A stretch of DNA of 64,000 bases from Rhynchobatus australiae (Eukaryota): the NCBI GenBank assembly GCA_034780895.1, contig JAUZTB010000017.1, positions 16,802,197 through 16,866,196 on the forward strand. Direction: 5' to 3'. Under the pieces are notes generated by a model, which made no database searches, was not told where the DNA came from, and saw only the letters and a list, made by a program, of their open reading frames with translations. This document shows, piece after piece, positions 1 through 12,308 of the stretch. The translations under genes and the position numbers were made by a program. Position 1 is the first letter of the stretch. Every line of letters begins with the position of its first letter.

Positions 1-1071
1 ACATTGGTGATACGAATCATTCTTTTGTAATGATTTAAGATTCTGAATATTATAACAAAATGCTTTCAAAATCCTGTTAAATTAATTGGGAAATGGGTTT
101 CTTGTCACCTTAACACAATACAAAGTATAGCCAGATTGACGATAATCTTATGGGTCAGGTATAGATGTGGTAAAGTTTATTTTTTGATGATTTATCGGGC
201 AGTGTAGAGTTATACATAATCTGTAAAAGGATCTTGCTTATTGGACCAATGACCATTTCTTATTACCTGCCTCTTCAAAAATAAAGGCTATATGTCCGAC
301 TATAGCCCTCATCAGGGCTTTTCCCACCTCAGGGCCCCTACGGATATCCCCAATACTAGTCTAAACCTCTGTGTTCATGCCTCCGTGGGGGTAAAATCAC
401 CACTTTCTGGAAGACACTTCACCCAATGGTCCAGTAAGAATCCGGCAACTCACTGCAGCCTTCAAATATCTGGCATTACTGGACTGTAAATCCAGCATTA
501 TTGGTTGAAGACAACAGCACAGATAATTCCTAGATTGGTAGGCTAATATGCTGTTAACACCATGTTTTAAATTACAGTTATAGTTCTAACTAGAATTAGT
601 AGAATCCACAGTCTAAATTGAGTTAAAAATCTGTACTTGTACTTGCTTGTGGAAAACAAAATGACTTAAAATGATGGCCACTGTNNNNNNNNNNNNNNNN
701 NNNNNNNNNNNNNNNNNNNNNNNNNNNNNNNNNNNNNNNNNNNNNNNNNNNNNNNNNNNNNNNNNNNNNNNNNNNNNNNNNNNNNNNNNNNNNNNNNNNN
801 NNNNNNNNNNNNNNNNNNNNNNNNNNNNNNNNNNNNNNNNNNNNNNNNNNNNNNNNNNNNNNNNNNNNNNNNNNNNNNNNNNNNNNNNNNNNNNNNNNNN
901 NNNNNNNNNNNNNNNNNNNNNNNNNNNNNNNNNNNNNNNNNNNNNNNNNNNNNNNNNNNNNNNNNNNNNNNNNNNNNNNNNNNNNNNNNNNNNNNNNNNN
1001 NNNNNNNNNNNNNNNNNNNNNNNNNNNNNNNNNNNNNNNNNNNNNNNNNNNNNNNNNNNNNNNNNNNNNNN

Positions 1072-1239
1072 GACACTTTACTCTGTACTGTTATTGTTTT
1101 TACCTGTACTATATCAACGCACTCTGTACTGACTCAATGTAACTGCCCTGTGTAATTGATTGATCTGTACGATCGGTTTGTAAGACAAGCTTTTCACTGT
1201 ACCCCGGTACAAGTGACAACAATAAACCAATACCAATAC
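1072..1239 (+). mobile_element. 3' end of a non-LTR retrotransposon (Rex1/Babar-like 3' UTR) with (CCAATA)n tail; 5' part lost in gap 685-1071
   Basis: Closely matches a second copy at 45640-45892 (...GATCGGTTTGTAAGACAAGCTTTTCACTGTACC.CGGTACAA.TGA.AA.AATAAACCAATAC). Ends in AATAAA plus a short tandem tail. ACTGT lies just before the gap and at the tail end (possible TSD). Clade assignment is from recall. Confidence 0.7.
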
Positions 1240-1709
1240 TGTTATATCAGCAATTATGACTAAGAACTAGTGCCTTTGAAAACTGAAAAGTGTGATCTGA
1301 AAATGAACATAGGACCTGACCTGCAAGTATTTCTCACATTCAATTTTACAATGATTTTTATAATTCTATCTAACTTGCTGGCACTTCAGATTTAGAAGAA
1401 ACCTTCATACCTCCTTCGATGCTCGACAGGTATATGGCCCTTGGTGCTTTTGTTTTAAGTTGTCTGAATAGATTGCACTACGGAGCAAAAGAATGCGATT
1501 GGAAGAGAAACTTGTAAATTAAGTTTGCAAATAATAGATTGTTTCCAAAGAGTAATATGATATTTTGTGTCCCAGCGCTAACAAAAAAAAGTCAGCAAGG
1601 TGTGTTGTTTTGTTCGCTTGATAGACATTTTACTGTTGGCTTTGTGAGATAAAGAACAGACTATTCACAGAAAGACCTGACCTGTGGCTTTTCATTCACT
1701 TGGGAGGAT

Positions 1710-1737
1710 GGGGGTGGGGTGGGGTTGGGGAGGGGGG
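1710..1737 (+). other. G-quadruplex-capable G-run cluster
   Basis: GGGGGTGGGGTGGGGTTGGGGAGGGGGG: five runs of at least 4 G with 1-2 nt loops. Confidence 0.6.
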
Positions 1738-4014
1738 AAATGGGTGGCCCTCAGACATTAAGTTGTTCAAAGTTTTGTGGCACTATTCACAATGGCCAAA
1801 GGGTGCGAAGATGGAAATCTTTGATTATTTTCAAACTGTACTGAAATAAACAAAGACCCAGGATACAGGGAGCAAAACTAACCATCATGCATGCAGTTTA
1901 ATCCTACCAATCTAACAGACCAGAGCAAGATTCATATGTTTGCAGGACTTATGCTAACAGTAAGCAGAGTTTAATAGAGAAATTTCACACCAGCATGTCA
2001 GGAGTCTTAAACCAGTTCATGAACACTGTAAAATTTATATTTAACCAGTTAACAGAAGAATTCAGTTGCATTTATAGATATAACAAAACTCAATCTTGAA
2101 GGTCTTTGCTTCTTTTGTATAAAAACAAATTTCATTACACACAACTAAATGTGGCTTTGTGGCCGTGTCCAATTAACCCTCAGTGGGAAATGATTACATT
2201 TTTAATGTGGTGTAAGTAAGTTCCAAAAGCAGACAAAGACCACAAGCTAGGCTTCTGCTATCATTTTATAAGTACTGACACCGGAGGACTGGATCCAGTT
2301 TCTCCTTTTACATAAAGCCAAATGTGGGAACAAAAAAACTCATGTAATAAGAGATTTGTGATAAAATAGATCCACTCTGTATACTTGTTCCTGTAGTAAT
2401 TTTTTCAGTTTGTATGTGAGGACTTTGATGGGGACAAATACACATTTGCAATAGTTTGCTGTAATTTTTTTAAGTGGATGGAATTTGAATGCTGATGGAG
2501 TTAAATCTCCTAACTGTGTTTGTTCAAGCCTGTGACAATAGGTGGCGAAGGCAAAAATAAGACTAGTAGGTGCACTGAGGCTAAAGAAATCTATTAAACC
2601 TCTCTTACACAGCAGTGGTTCAACTTTTGTTGTGCTGCTGTTAAGAAAGCAAATTTCCATTGACAAGGACAGCAATCCAACCAAAATGGATGGAAGGAGA
2701 GAGAGCATCGAGTTATAGAGCAGAAAGTCTAATACAACAGTATCATTGGAATAAGCCATTGTTGGTTTACTGAACTTTTAAAGTTTGAAATATTGTACTT
2801 AAACAAGCATTTGCACTTGCTTGTCGTACTTGCATTGCGGAAGTGAAATGGACCAAAAAGCCAATTTTCATCATGCAAGTGCCTTCTTTTTATACTCCCA
2901 GATCAAATACATTCTAAAAGATATATCATATGCAATAAAAAAGATGGCATTACAAAAATACAAGATGAAGAGTTTCAAAACTCTTTCTTTTTAAAGTAAA
3001 CATTTATAAATATTTCAGTTTTTGTAGGTAATAATCTGGTCAGATGTCAGTGGAAAAATGGAAACCTTTAGCAGAAAGATCTTTACACATAAATGTCTTA
3101 ATATGGACTGTTCCCTGCATTTTTCTGGGAAATTTAGTAGTTGCCTCCAGCACATTTTACAGCTGCAGTCTTCCTGCACCTTACAGGTGGGTGGCTTTTG
3201 TTTTAATCAGTACAGTGCAGATTGGTTGATCTCCAAACTCAGCATCTCCCCAGTGATCGGTCAGATGATACCAAGGTTTCTTCCCTGACAAGACTTAAAT
3301 CAGAACAACAATCAGAATGTGCCTTCTGCAGTGTATTTGTATCACATTCACCAGTGTAAAAGAATGGGGCCAATTGCAACCAGAACATTGTTCTTGTCTC
3401 CATGCACCTGAGGCTAACAAGATAGACTCCAGGCAAATTATACTTTAATGACCATACAGTGAACTCACAGAAGTGTTCAAGAAACCTTTTCTTTTTTATC
3501 TTCAACATTGTTCCTTTCCCACACTCATTCAAGACTTTTAGAGAAAGCTTTCCTGATCCTCAACCAAGCAACACTGGATCACCTGGGCAGAGTGACTAAA
3601 GGAAAAGCAGATGGAAATGAGCACAAACTTTTGACAAAGCCTATCCTATCCTATTTTCCAGCATTTTTTGCACACATTACTTCCGGCACAGGAAGAGGAT
3701 ACCTGCCCAGTTACTCCTTTCCTGCTTTGCAGTTCCAGTTGCCTTGTGCTGCTTCACAAAGTGGCTGTTACTCATGTGCAAGCCTCAATAGTTACTGACC
3801 ACTGAGGGCACCAGACCCTGACTCAAACATGTAAAAGATTCCAGGAGTGAAAGAAGTCACTAGGGCCATCCCTAAGCCTGAGGAGTAGAGGAACCTGCTG
3901 TGCATTATTTCTGCCCTGAGGAGATTCGGTAGGTACGCACAAGCAGAAATCAAACCAAAGACTTTCATGCAGGTCATCAATAATTATAATTAACAAGACT
4001 TGTGCTTTTAATGA

Positions 4015-5060
4015 TTCTTCTTCTTAAGCAGGGCACTATCAGCTCCCAGGAGTAAGTGGGGATGTTGTATTTCTTCAAAGAGGTCTTATGAACATTGTCG
4101 AATATTTTCCTCTGTCTATATGACAAACTTGCTGTGACAGACTGGTATCAGGCATTTGAATGCTGTGGCCTGCCCAAATGAACCAAGGGTGAGTGCAATG
4201 AAGTCTTCAATGCTGGAAGTGTTAGCCTGGGAGAGAATGCTGATGTTGGTTTGATTATCTTTCCAGCTCATTTGGAGGATTTTGCAGAGACGTTGTTGGT
4301 GATTTAAGATGTCTGCTGTCAAACACTCCTCTTCTCAGTCAGCCATGTGTGGTGGTAAATTTCTCCATCAATGATTACTATCGCTGAGAGGTGGTTCCTA
4401 AAATATGGAAAGTGTTCCATGTTTTCCTTTATCTTTGGAAGCCGATAGTGTACAGCAGGCACAGGTTGGGAGGGATTTTTGTTTTGTGGATGTTGAATGT
4501 AAGGCCCACCCTCTCATACACTTCAGTGAACAAACCAACAACGACTTGGAACTTGGCCATATACACAAGCATTGTCTGCCTATAACAGTGCATCTACACA
4601 GGTTGGAGTGACCTTAATTCTGGACTGTTGGCTCTGTTGTTTGAAGAGATTCTTATTAGTTCTGCATACCAGCTCCACAAGAGCGGGCCATTTATTGGAG
4701 ATGAGATATAGTAGCAAGATAATTTGAAAAATGGTGTCCAGGTGAAAATGCATCCTCGTTTGACACTGGACTGCATGGAGATTGGCTCTGATCTGGATGC
4801 CATTATGAAGCAAATGAGAAACGGGAGATAAGTTTCTGCTAGCAGCCATACTCGAGGTGCGCACTCCACATTCCCTCATGAATGACAGAGTCAAAAGATT
4901 TAGTGACAGTGAGAAAGGCCACATATAATGGATGGTGCTGCTTCTTTGGAGTTGTCCCGCAGTGAAGATCATGTCCATGGTATCTCTATATGGATGGAAT
5001 CAACAATACGATTCGGGCAGCAGCTCTGGCCACTGTGGGGAAGTGGCTGAGGAGAACCTT
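4015..5060 (-). mobile_element. Decayed RTE-clade LINE (RT C-terminal half plus tail)
   Basis: Minus-strand translations give 'ELLPESYC*FHPYRDTMDMIFTAGQLQ' (RTE RT motif LPESQCGFR..R.T.DMIF..RQLQ), 'HQQRLCKILQMSWKDNQTNISILSQANTSSIE' and 'KTSLKKYNIPTYSWE'. Ends in an AAGAAGAAG tail at about 4015-4026. Many stops and frameshifts. Confidence 0.85.
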
Positions 5061-5420
5061 ATTGATGAATTTTTGGACCTTATTCAAGAATCCTTTATTA
5101 CATGCACTCTTAACTAAGTTTGAAACAATGAACTCTCACGGCAACTTAGACAAATGTAAATGGGAAAATGTGCAGCAAAGGTAATGTGATTTTATAACTT
5201 AATAGATTTCATGGTCCATTTCTGATCTCCCTTGTAGATTAGATCTGATCTCCACACACATTTCTTAAGAGCAACAGTTTACAGAGTGTCCATAAAGAAG
5301 AATTCTCAAGTCTTCATGTTGTGGTGTTCAGCATTTACTGTCTAGAGATTCTTGCTCCATCCTTGAGCCCTTTCCATTTATGCAATTCCTGAAGCAGCTG
5401 AATTATTGGTCAAAGTTCTT

Positions 5421-5571
5421 GATTCAGGGGGCTTTTAAGAGGGGTTTGGATGGGCATATGAATGAGAGGAAAATGGAGGGATATGGGCATTCTGTAGGTA
5501 GAAGGGATTAGCTATGTCGGCACAACATTGTGAGCTGAAGGGTCTATTCTGTGCTGCACTGTTCTATGTTC
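5421..5571 (+). mobile_element. CR1-type LINE 3' end (5'-truncated)
   Basis: TTTAAGAGG...GCATATGAATG...ATGGAGGGATA...GCACAACATTGTG.GC..AAGGG...GTGCTG.ACTGTTCTATGTTC. Matches the 3' end of the CR1 at 51511-52412. Confidence 0.85.
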
Positions 5572-8500
5572 ACTAGTAAGATATTCAGCCAGATGGTTTG
5601 TATGGTTGCTCTTACTTCATAGTAAGCATCCATTGCACAGTGCATTTACTCAATGAACTGATAGCTGTCAGGATGGCAGTGCAATTTCAAATACCTGTAT
5701 GAGTACATTTACAAAACACTATGACTTCCAAAAGTCAATAATTTATTTGACTATTCCCACAAAAGTGAAAAAAAAACAGGTGGCTTAAATGCAAAGTATT
5801 TCTCCTTCATACTTTATTTTAAAAGCACCTTATTTTTCAAGGTCAAGATTTCTCAATGGCTGCCAGTCATGGTCACCAAGGGAACCATCTGCTATAAGCC
5901 AGTAAGACACAATGCATTTAGACCTACAAGTGTAATATCAGAAATAGTAATTCTAGATGTTCCATGACATTCAAAATTATTAATGAGCAGAAAACCAAAA
6001 CATTAGAACATACATGCAACCAAACATGCAAAAAACAATTCTAAGAATTTCATTTGTAAAGTTACTTCACAATCTGCTTAAGTTGTAAATGGGTTGGATC
6101 TTGCTGACTTATAGCAGACAGTTCCCTCAGTGACCACAATCACCAGCTATTTGTGCCTTAGGTGATTGCAGATAANNNNNNNNNNNNNNNNNNNNNNNNN
6201 NNNNNNNNNNNNNNNNNNNNNNNNNNNNNNNGTCCCTATCTCTCTACTCTGCCAGTAAACATCGAGCCCATCTATGAAGAGAAATCTCCCTAAGAAGTGT
6301 CTAGATTCATGTTGCATCCAGCCCTCAGCATTACACCAGAGAGACAGGCATACAAAGAGCAATCCTATGCAACTGAATGCATCTGACGCAAAAGTCAATA
6401 CAGTTATAGATATTACTTATTTCACGCTTTTTAAAAATTGTTTGTACTTTAATGTGCTTCTAACCTTTTATTAACTTTTAAAATAATTCTTATTTTAGTT
6501 AATTAAATCTACTTGACTCAGAGATATTTAAGACATGTTTAAAAGCCTTTGACAATCAGCAATCTCCGGCTGGCAGGTGTTGGTGGTGGTGAAACTGAGA
6601 TTGGATCCATTGGATCCAACATGATTCAATCTGATGTTTCAGAAAACAAGAGCAACTTACTTCTTACAAAGCTATCTTTAAAATATTCTGGTTTCTTGTT
6701 CTGTATTTATTCCCTGATATCTTAGATTTTAAAAGGAATCTAAGGGGCTATATTATAATTCACTCTGCTGGATTTGCCATTTTCATCTACTGGAATAAAA
6801 AGCCCTTCGACCTGCACAGACTGATGAATTAGTTGAAGCAAAATGATATTATTGTTAGGTTTCATTACATTTCAAAACCATTGAACAAACTGGCTTAATA
6901 GTACACCCTGACCTTTTACAGCTTTGAAACACTTTGTATTGCATCAGGAAGATTGAAACAGCCATTGCCTGTTTACCTCAGAAAATAATCACATAATGTG
7001 GCGGAAAGCTGAAAATGTAGCAACTTCTCAATAAAGACACCAATAAACCACAGCCTTGGAAATAATATGAATTGGCTTTAATAGAAATAGTGTGCGAAAT
7101 ATCACTGCTGTGACATGCTCGTGGCCACAGCAAGCACTTTGTTTGGCTCCTGCATTGTACATTGGATGCATTGTGCTTGTTAAAGAAACCTTCCATTTAA
7201 ATCTAGCTAGCAACATTTTTTAAGCAAGTTACAGAAAATATTAGGATTGGTATGAATTTTGATAATCCTAATTAATAAATGAGAAGCAAAGAGAAAGAAG
7301 AAAGATAGAAAGGAAAAAGAGAGATTTTTAAATTTCTAATGTAAATGATGAAGCTATAGAAACAAGAATTCTGATTTTGTAGTCACTGCTTTTAGAATTT
7401 ACTCACACAATTACAAAAGAAAAATGAAAAAAAAAGCACATTAAAATATAGACAAATCAAGCCTAATTTTCCAGGAAGGATTTTTCAGCACAAGTGGTCA
7501 ATGAGCCAAAACTTTAAGATATTACAACAGATTTTGGAACCCAACATAATGTTCTATTTGCTTTGGGCTGAATCAAGCAGCATTCACTTTTGCTTCCGGG
7601 CCTGAGGGAAACTGAAAGGGTAATGGAGCACAGAAACTAAGCCTTCTTTTGACTTGTCTTGTGTACTTTCTGTTTTAAAGTTCTGTTGATTGTTTAAGAA
7701 AGACATTTTCAATTTCCATTTTTGTTGGTGGAAATGCTGGCCAATAAAGCTTCAATATTTGAGAACAGGAAGAGCTGTTGAAAAAGAGGTCTTGCAAGAC
7801 CGGAGACACGGTGGCATATCAGAGAAGTTGGCACACTGCAGAGTGGATTGTCCATTGTTGCTGTAAGACTCGGACGTATAAAATCGGATTGGGAGGAATC
7901 AGGCCAGTGGATAACCAGACACAGGCCTGTGTCATTGGCTGTAAGGGCAGCTGCTGCCAATCACAATGATAGTACTGCTGGTATCGGGAATGCCATTGTC
8001 AACTTGTTTTCTTTTCCCCGGGGTCTGCCAGGGTACCCTTCCATGCAATCAATGTCATTTCCTCACTGCCAGNNNNNNNNNNNNNNNNNNNNNNNNNNNN
8101 NNNNNNNNNNNNNNNNNNNNNNNNNNNNNNNNNNNNNNNNNNNNNNNNNNNNNNNNNNNNNNNNNNNNNNNNTGCAATCACTGTCATTTCCTCACTGCCA
8201 GCTATCTGGTAGGAAATAGCGCTCCTGTACTACTCCATCACAAGTCAACACATTCTGCTGTGTAGAAATTGCTTTGTACCTCAAATGTGCGGTGGGCTTA
8301 CAAGCACTGCATGAGTGGATGTCCCCAACAACATTCTGCTGCATGTGAAGTCCATGCATTGTCTGTGATGGGATTATATTCACATCAACCTGCACGAAGC
8401 TTTTCATTTGCTTCATTTACCATTGCAGAATAACTTAGATTGAGGGAGAGGGAAACGAGAAATCCAGTTGTGTTGGTTGGGGGTAAGGCACTTCAGATAT

Positions 8501-11500
8501 TGTATCATCTTGTTATATTAAAGAATTTCTTGGTCTACTCCTTTCATTAACTTTCTTCATTCCAATCTCCATGTTTTTTTTATCATCCACTATTTCATCC
8601 AACCTTCACAGGTACTGAAATGGTTGAATCCTGTTTTTTAAACAGCTATGGCCTTTCCCAGAAATTTCACTAAAAAAAAACATTTACACCTTCTTTATGT
8701 GTGTAACTCATGAAGACAACCTGCTGCACAGAAGCTTGAAGCATTTGCATCCATTTTTTGTTGAAGCCTTGCCCATGAGGTAAAAGGAATGGGTATAATT
8801 CACCTAATGCTTCTGTAATTTTCCAGCTATATTTTGCCTGCATGGAGACATCACTAACATGCATGGCACACGTTTCTGACTAACTGGCAGAAACTGAATT
8901 ACAGGTCATAGCTTAAAACCTCGATTGTTAACTCAGCCAAACAAGCCGGGAACAGTACGTGACTCAGTTGGTTCCTTTAGGATGCATGGTTTTTATTCTT
9001 GCTACCTCTCCAACATTGATTTTGATGCACTGTGATTCGCATGTTGCACATGCGTACCAAGATGACAGCTTAGTATGATGAACTGTAAGCTTCAGTCTGT
9101 TGCCCCTGATGATCACAGTAGAGTGGCTTAATCATGGCATTGGGCTCAATCATGACATCCCAATGATCCCCAGTGGGTTCTGCATTAAATTGACCTGTTT
9201 AACCCTCCTCCCCTTGATTTCCTCCTCCTCCTCCCTCTGCATTTTCCACAGTGACCTCAACCCCCACTATTTTCCATGACCTCCATGGCTCTAAAGAGAA
9301 CTCACTTAAATAGCATTGCCCTGTTTCAGGCAGTGTGGATGGAGTTGGGGCATGGGAGGTGGTGGCGTGGGAGAGAGACAGTGGGAGCCGCTTTTAAATC
9401 ATCTTTGGCTACTACTGTCTTTAAATGGGGATGTAGCATGATAGGGAGCTCCTAAAGCAAGGATGTCCCCTTTTTCTTTGGTGAAACCTCATTTAACATT
9501 GTGGGGCAAAAGTAGTGCCCATATCTAGTGCATCAAAAATCAGTGACATCTGATTTTGAGACATTGGAATTTTATTCCCATATGTTGTCTCATCTCTTTC
9601 TGTGGCCACCTCTCTAACTTTTTTTTTAATAAGCAATGCAGTTTTGCCCGTCATTCCACTACCCCTTGTTGAGCTCTTCATAATAGGCCAAATATATATT
9701 TACTACAGGCACATCTCGGGCTATCCTGAGATATTGGCCTGGTTTAGCAGCCTCCTTCTCTATTACATTGCTGCTTTATTTACCCACTGCAGAAGAAGGA
9801 TCATTACGGAAAGAAAATGTGGTTTGCAGAAATGGAAAGAGGAGCAGTTCATAAATGAGATTCTTACCAAATTCAGTCTAACAACAATTCAAAGTCAATA
9901 AAAAAAAATGTCGGTCAATGACTAAACTGGAGTTGCAATTAATGTAGTAAGTGGGTGAAAAGCTGACAAAGTTGGTGAGAAATGGCTTGTAACATGATGT
10001 CTGCAAAGTTTGACACAAATAAAGCTGAAGATATCTGGCAAACCATACAAGTATTCACGCAGATCCTTACAAATAAAATCCTTCAGTTTTGTGCAACAGC
10101 TGGATCTCAACTCACAATGTTTGTTGAAAGGGTGTAACAATAACCATGCAACTACTCCTTGAAACTATGCAGTTCATAAATTTTTATTGTTTGCCAAGCA
10201 TTGAAATCTCATTAGGGGTCATAATTCTGCCGTACTTTGTGACCCTCCCTGATAGTGGAGCTCAAGAATTCAGCGAGGACGTGCACTGCTGGCGAAGGTG
10301 CACGTCACGCTACTGTGCAAGAATTTGCTGCGCTCTAATTCACCGATACATCATGCTATCACGTAACAGTCTGACTATTTGTTTTACCATTTCAGCTGTA
10401 ATTCATATTTGTGGCTTCTGCAGATATACAACATCCACTGTGACTACAGCATCTGTTCAGCAGTTGTATTGAATTTGATACTCGCACTAGGTTTTGAGGC
10501 ATTACATTATTCAAGTACCCCCTTCAGGTTATGGAGACATTTTCATAAAAACTGTTAAAAAAACTGTTAAGGGCAAACAATCTAAAATATTATCCTCAAG
10601 GATTACAGAAATGACCGATGCTGTGTTATAACGCCTGGAGGCGAAAGCTGTGCTCAGTATTGTACACTAGAGACCAAACCTGGGAAATGAGAACAAATAA
10701 TGAATCTCTTTACCAGAGAACCACAATTTTTAATTATAGTCCTATTATATTGTTATTTAATTACATATTTCAGTGGTAAGGCAACAGGCACCAAAAACGC
10801 ATGTTATTTTTTAATGGCAATGGTTTCTTTGGGCATCTTTATTGAAATAGGATTAGTATAGCAACTATTTCATGGTGATGACAGACCTAGGGTACAATGC
10901 TGGGTTAACACTGGTCTCTGGCATAAGAAAACAAAGTTCAGTGCATGTACGCAAGCCGTTCCTGCTGACCAGCATCGGAATTGCAGTTAAATTTTAATGT
11001 TAATGTGCTGATAGAACAGTTGGTCCCTTGTTAACAATAAAAAGATTAGAAATGGAGTTCTAAAAAGTTCCTATCCAACTGCGGCCTAGGAAACTTCCTG
11101 AGCTATCCTTTAGTGTGGGGCCTTGGTATCAATCAACTTCCTAAATTCAATCTGGGTAAGTTCACATTTAAAATATACTGCACCTGCATATCAATGCAGA
11201 GGGAAAACCACTTCATATCAATACAACTTGCATGGCAAAATTACCTAATTCAGTGCTGCTCAATGATTTTATCGTTCAACATAATTATTAATAATCTACA
11301 AGCACTGGTTACTTTTGCACCTTGGGTTCGAGATGTGCTTAAGAACTAAAATTTGAGGTCAATGGTGAAATCTAAAGATTCATTCTGTACTTTGGGCTGT
11401 AACTCAGCATTCATTGGTAGATAACCACGGTCAATATTTGTTTTATTGTATTCTGTACCTGAGTAAGGAGCAGATGGGAGGGGAATTTAAATGCATATTT

Positions 11501-12156
11501 GACAGAAAGGAAGATCTGATCTAAAGTCACTCACTTGCATATTTAAAAAGGGCCATTTATTCTCAGAAAACAATGTTCACTGTTATCAAAACTTAAGCAC
11601 ACATAGCTGGAACATTATTACNNNNNNNNNNNNNNNNNNNNNNNNNNNNNNNNNNNNNNNNNNNNNNNNNNNNNNNNNNNNNNNNNNNNNNNNNNNNNNN
11701 NNNNNNNNNNNNNNNNNNNNNTATTACACAGTTTTGTGTAAGTACATGCTTGCTCACAGTAAAACAATAAATATGTCCTTTAATTTATTTTGGATTATAT
11801 AGTTATCAACCTTCAATTTTGCCCCTTATCAATGGAACACACCTTCACACACACTTTGCCTGCTCAACTTCAGGGTCAAATTCTCCACATCTGCCTTGGT
11901 ATGCACATTTCACACATTCTTGTCCCCTCCTGGTGAAATCCTTCCACTGCTATTCCTATCTATTTCTTGCCATGTCCTGTGAAGTTGATACTCTCTCTCC
12001 AATTGGCCACGTGAATGAAAAAGAAAATATAGTTCCACAACTGTTTCAACATCCTGAGTCCTTCTGTAGGGAATACTCTCACCGGTGCTGATAATGATTG
12101 GATGATCTCAAGAAGTACAAGTATGTATAATAAATCAAACTACAGTAAAATATAGG

Positions 12157-12308
12157 GGATGTTGGAGATCTGAAATAAAATGCATACAATGCTGAAATTA
12201 CTTAGGTCAGGCAGCATCTGTGAAGAAATAAACATGGTGAACATTTCAGGTTAATGATCTTACATCAGGAGTTCCAATCAAAGGTCATTGTCCTGAATTT
12301 AATCTGTG
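12157..12308. mobile_element. Penelope-like element terminal (pLTR) fragments, inverted pair
   Basis: GATGTTGGAGATCTGAAATAAAA...GGTCAGGCAGCATCTGTG...AACATTTCAGGT matches the termini at 30715, 35510 and 52915, and is followed by a degenerate inverted copy. Confidence 0.6.

Noticed and set aside
265-530. Possible minus-strand exon ending in CAG|GTAATA
   Set aside because: All three frames from the putative acceptor hit stop codons.
666-1132. Long poly-X ORFs (also 18368-19222, 38527-39029, 51931-52320)
   Set aside because: They are open only because N codons are not stops.
2340-2759. 139-aa minus-strand ORF, the longest gap-free ORF in the track
   Set aside because: No recognisable domain, composition is typical of random AT-rich DNA, and there is no supporting gene structure.
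4032-4051. Apparent micro-exon (TTCTTCTTAAGCAG ... GGA|GTAAGT)
   Set aside because: Explained as the reverse complement of the RTE LINE tail and ORF end.
8044-8201. Direct repeats flanking N-gaps (also 30866-31067, 46597-46816, 51950-52305, 61390-61557), superficially like repeat-spacer arrays or LTRs
   Set aside because: Each pair sits exactly on both sides of a gap (mostly 100 N) with 0-3 mismatches. This is typical of unmerged overlapping contig ends or haplotypes, so probably an assembly artefact.
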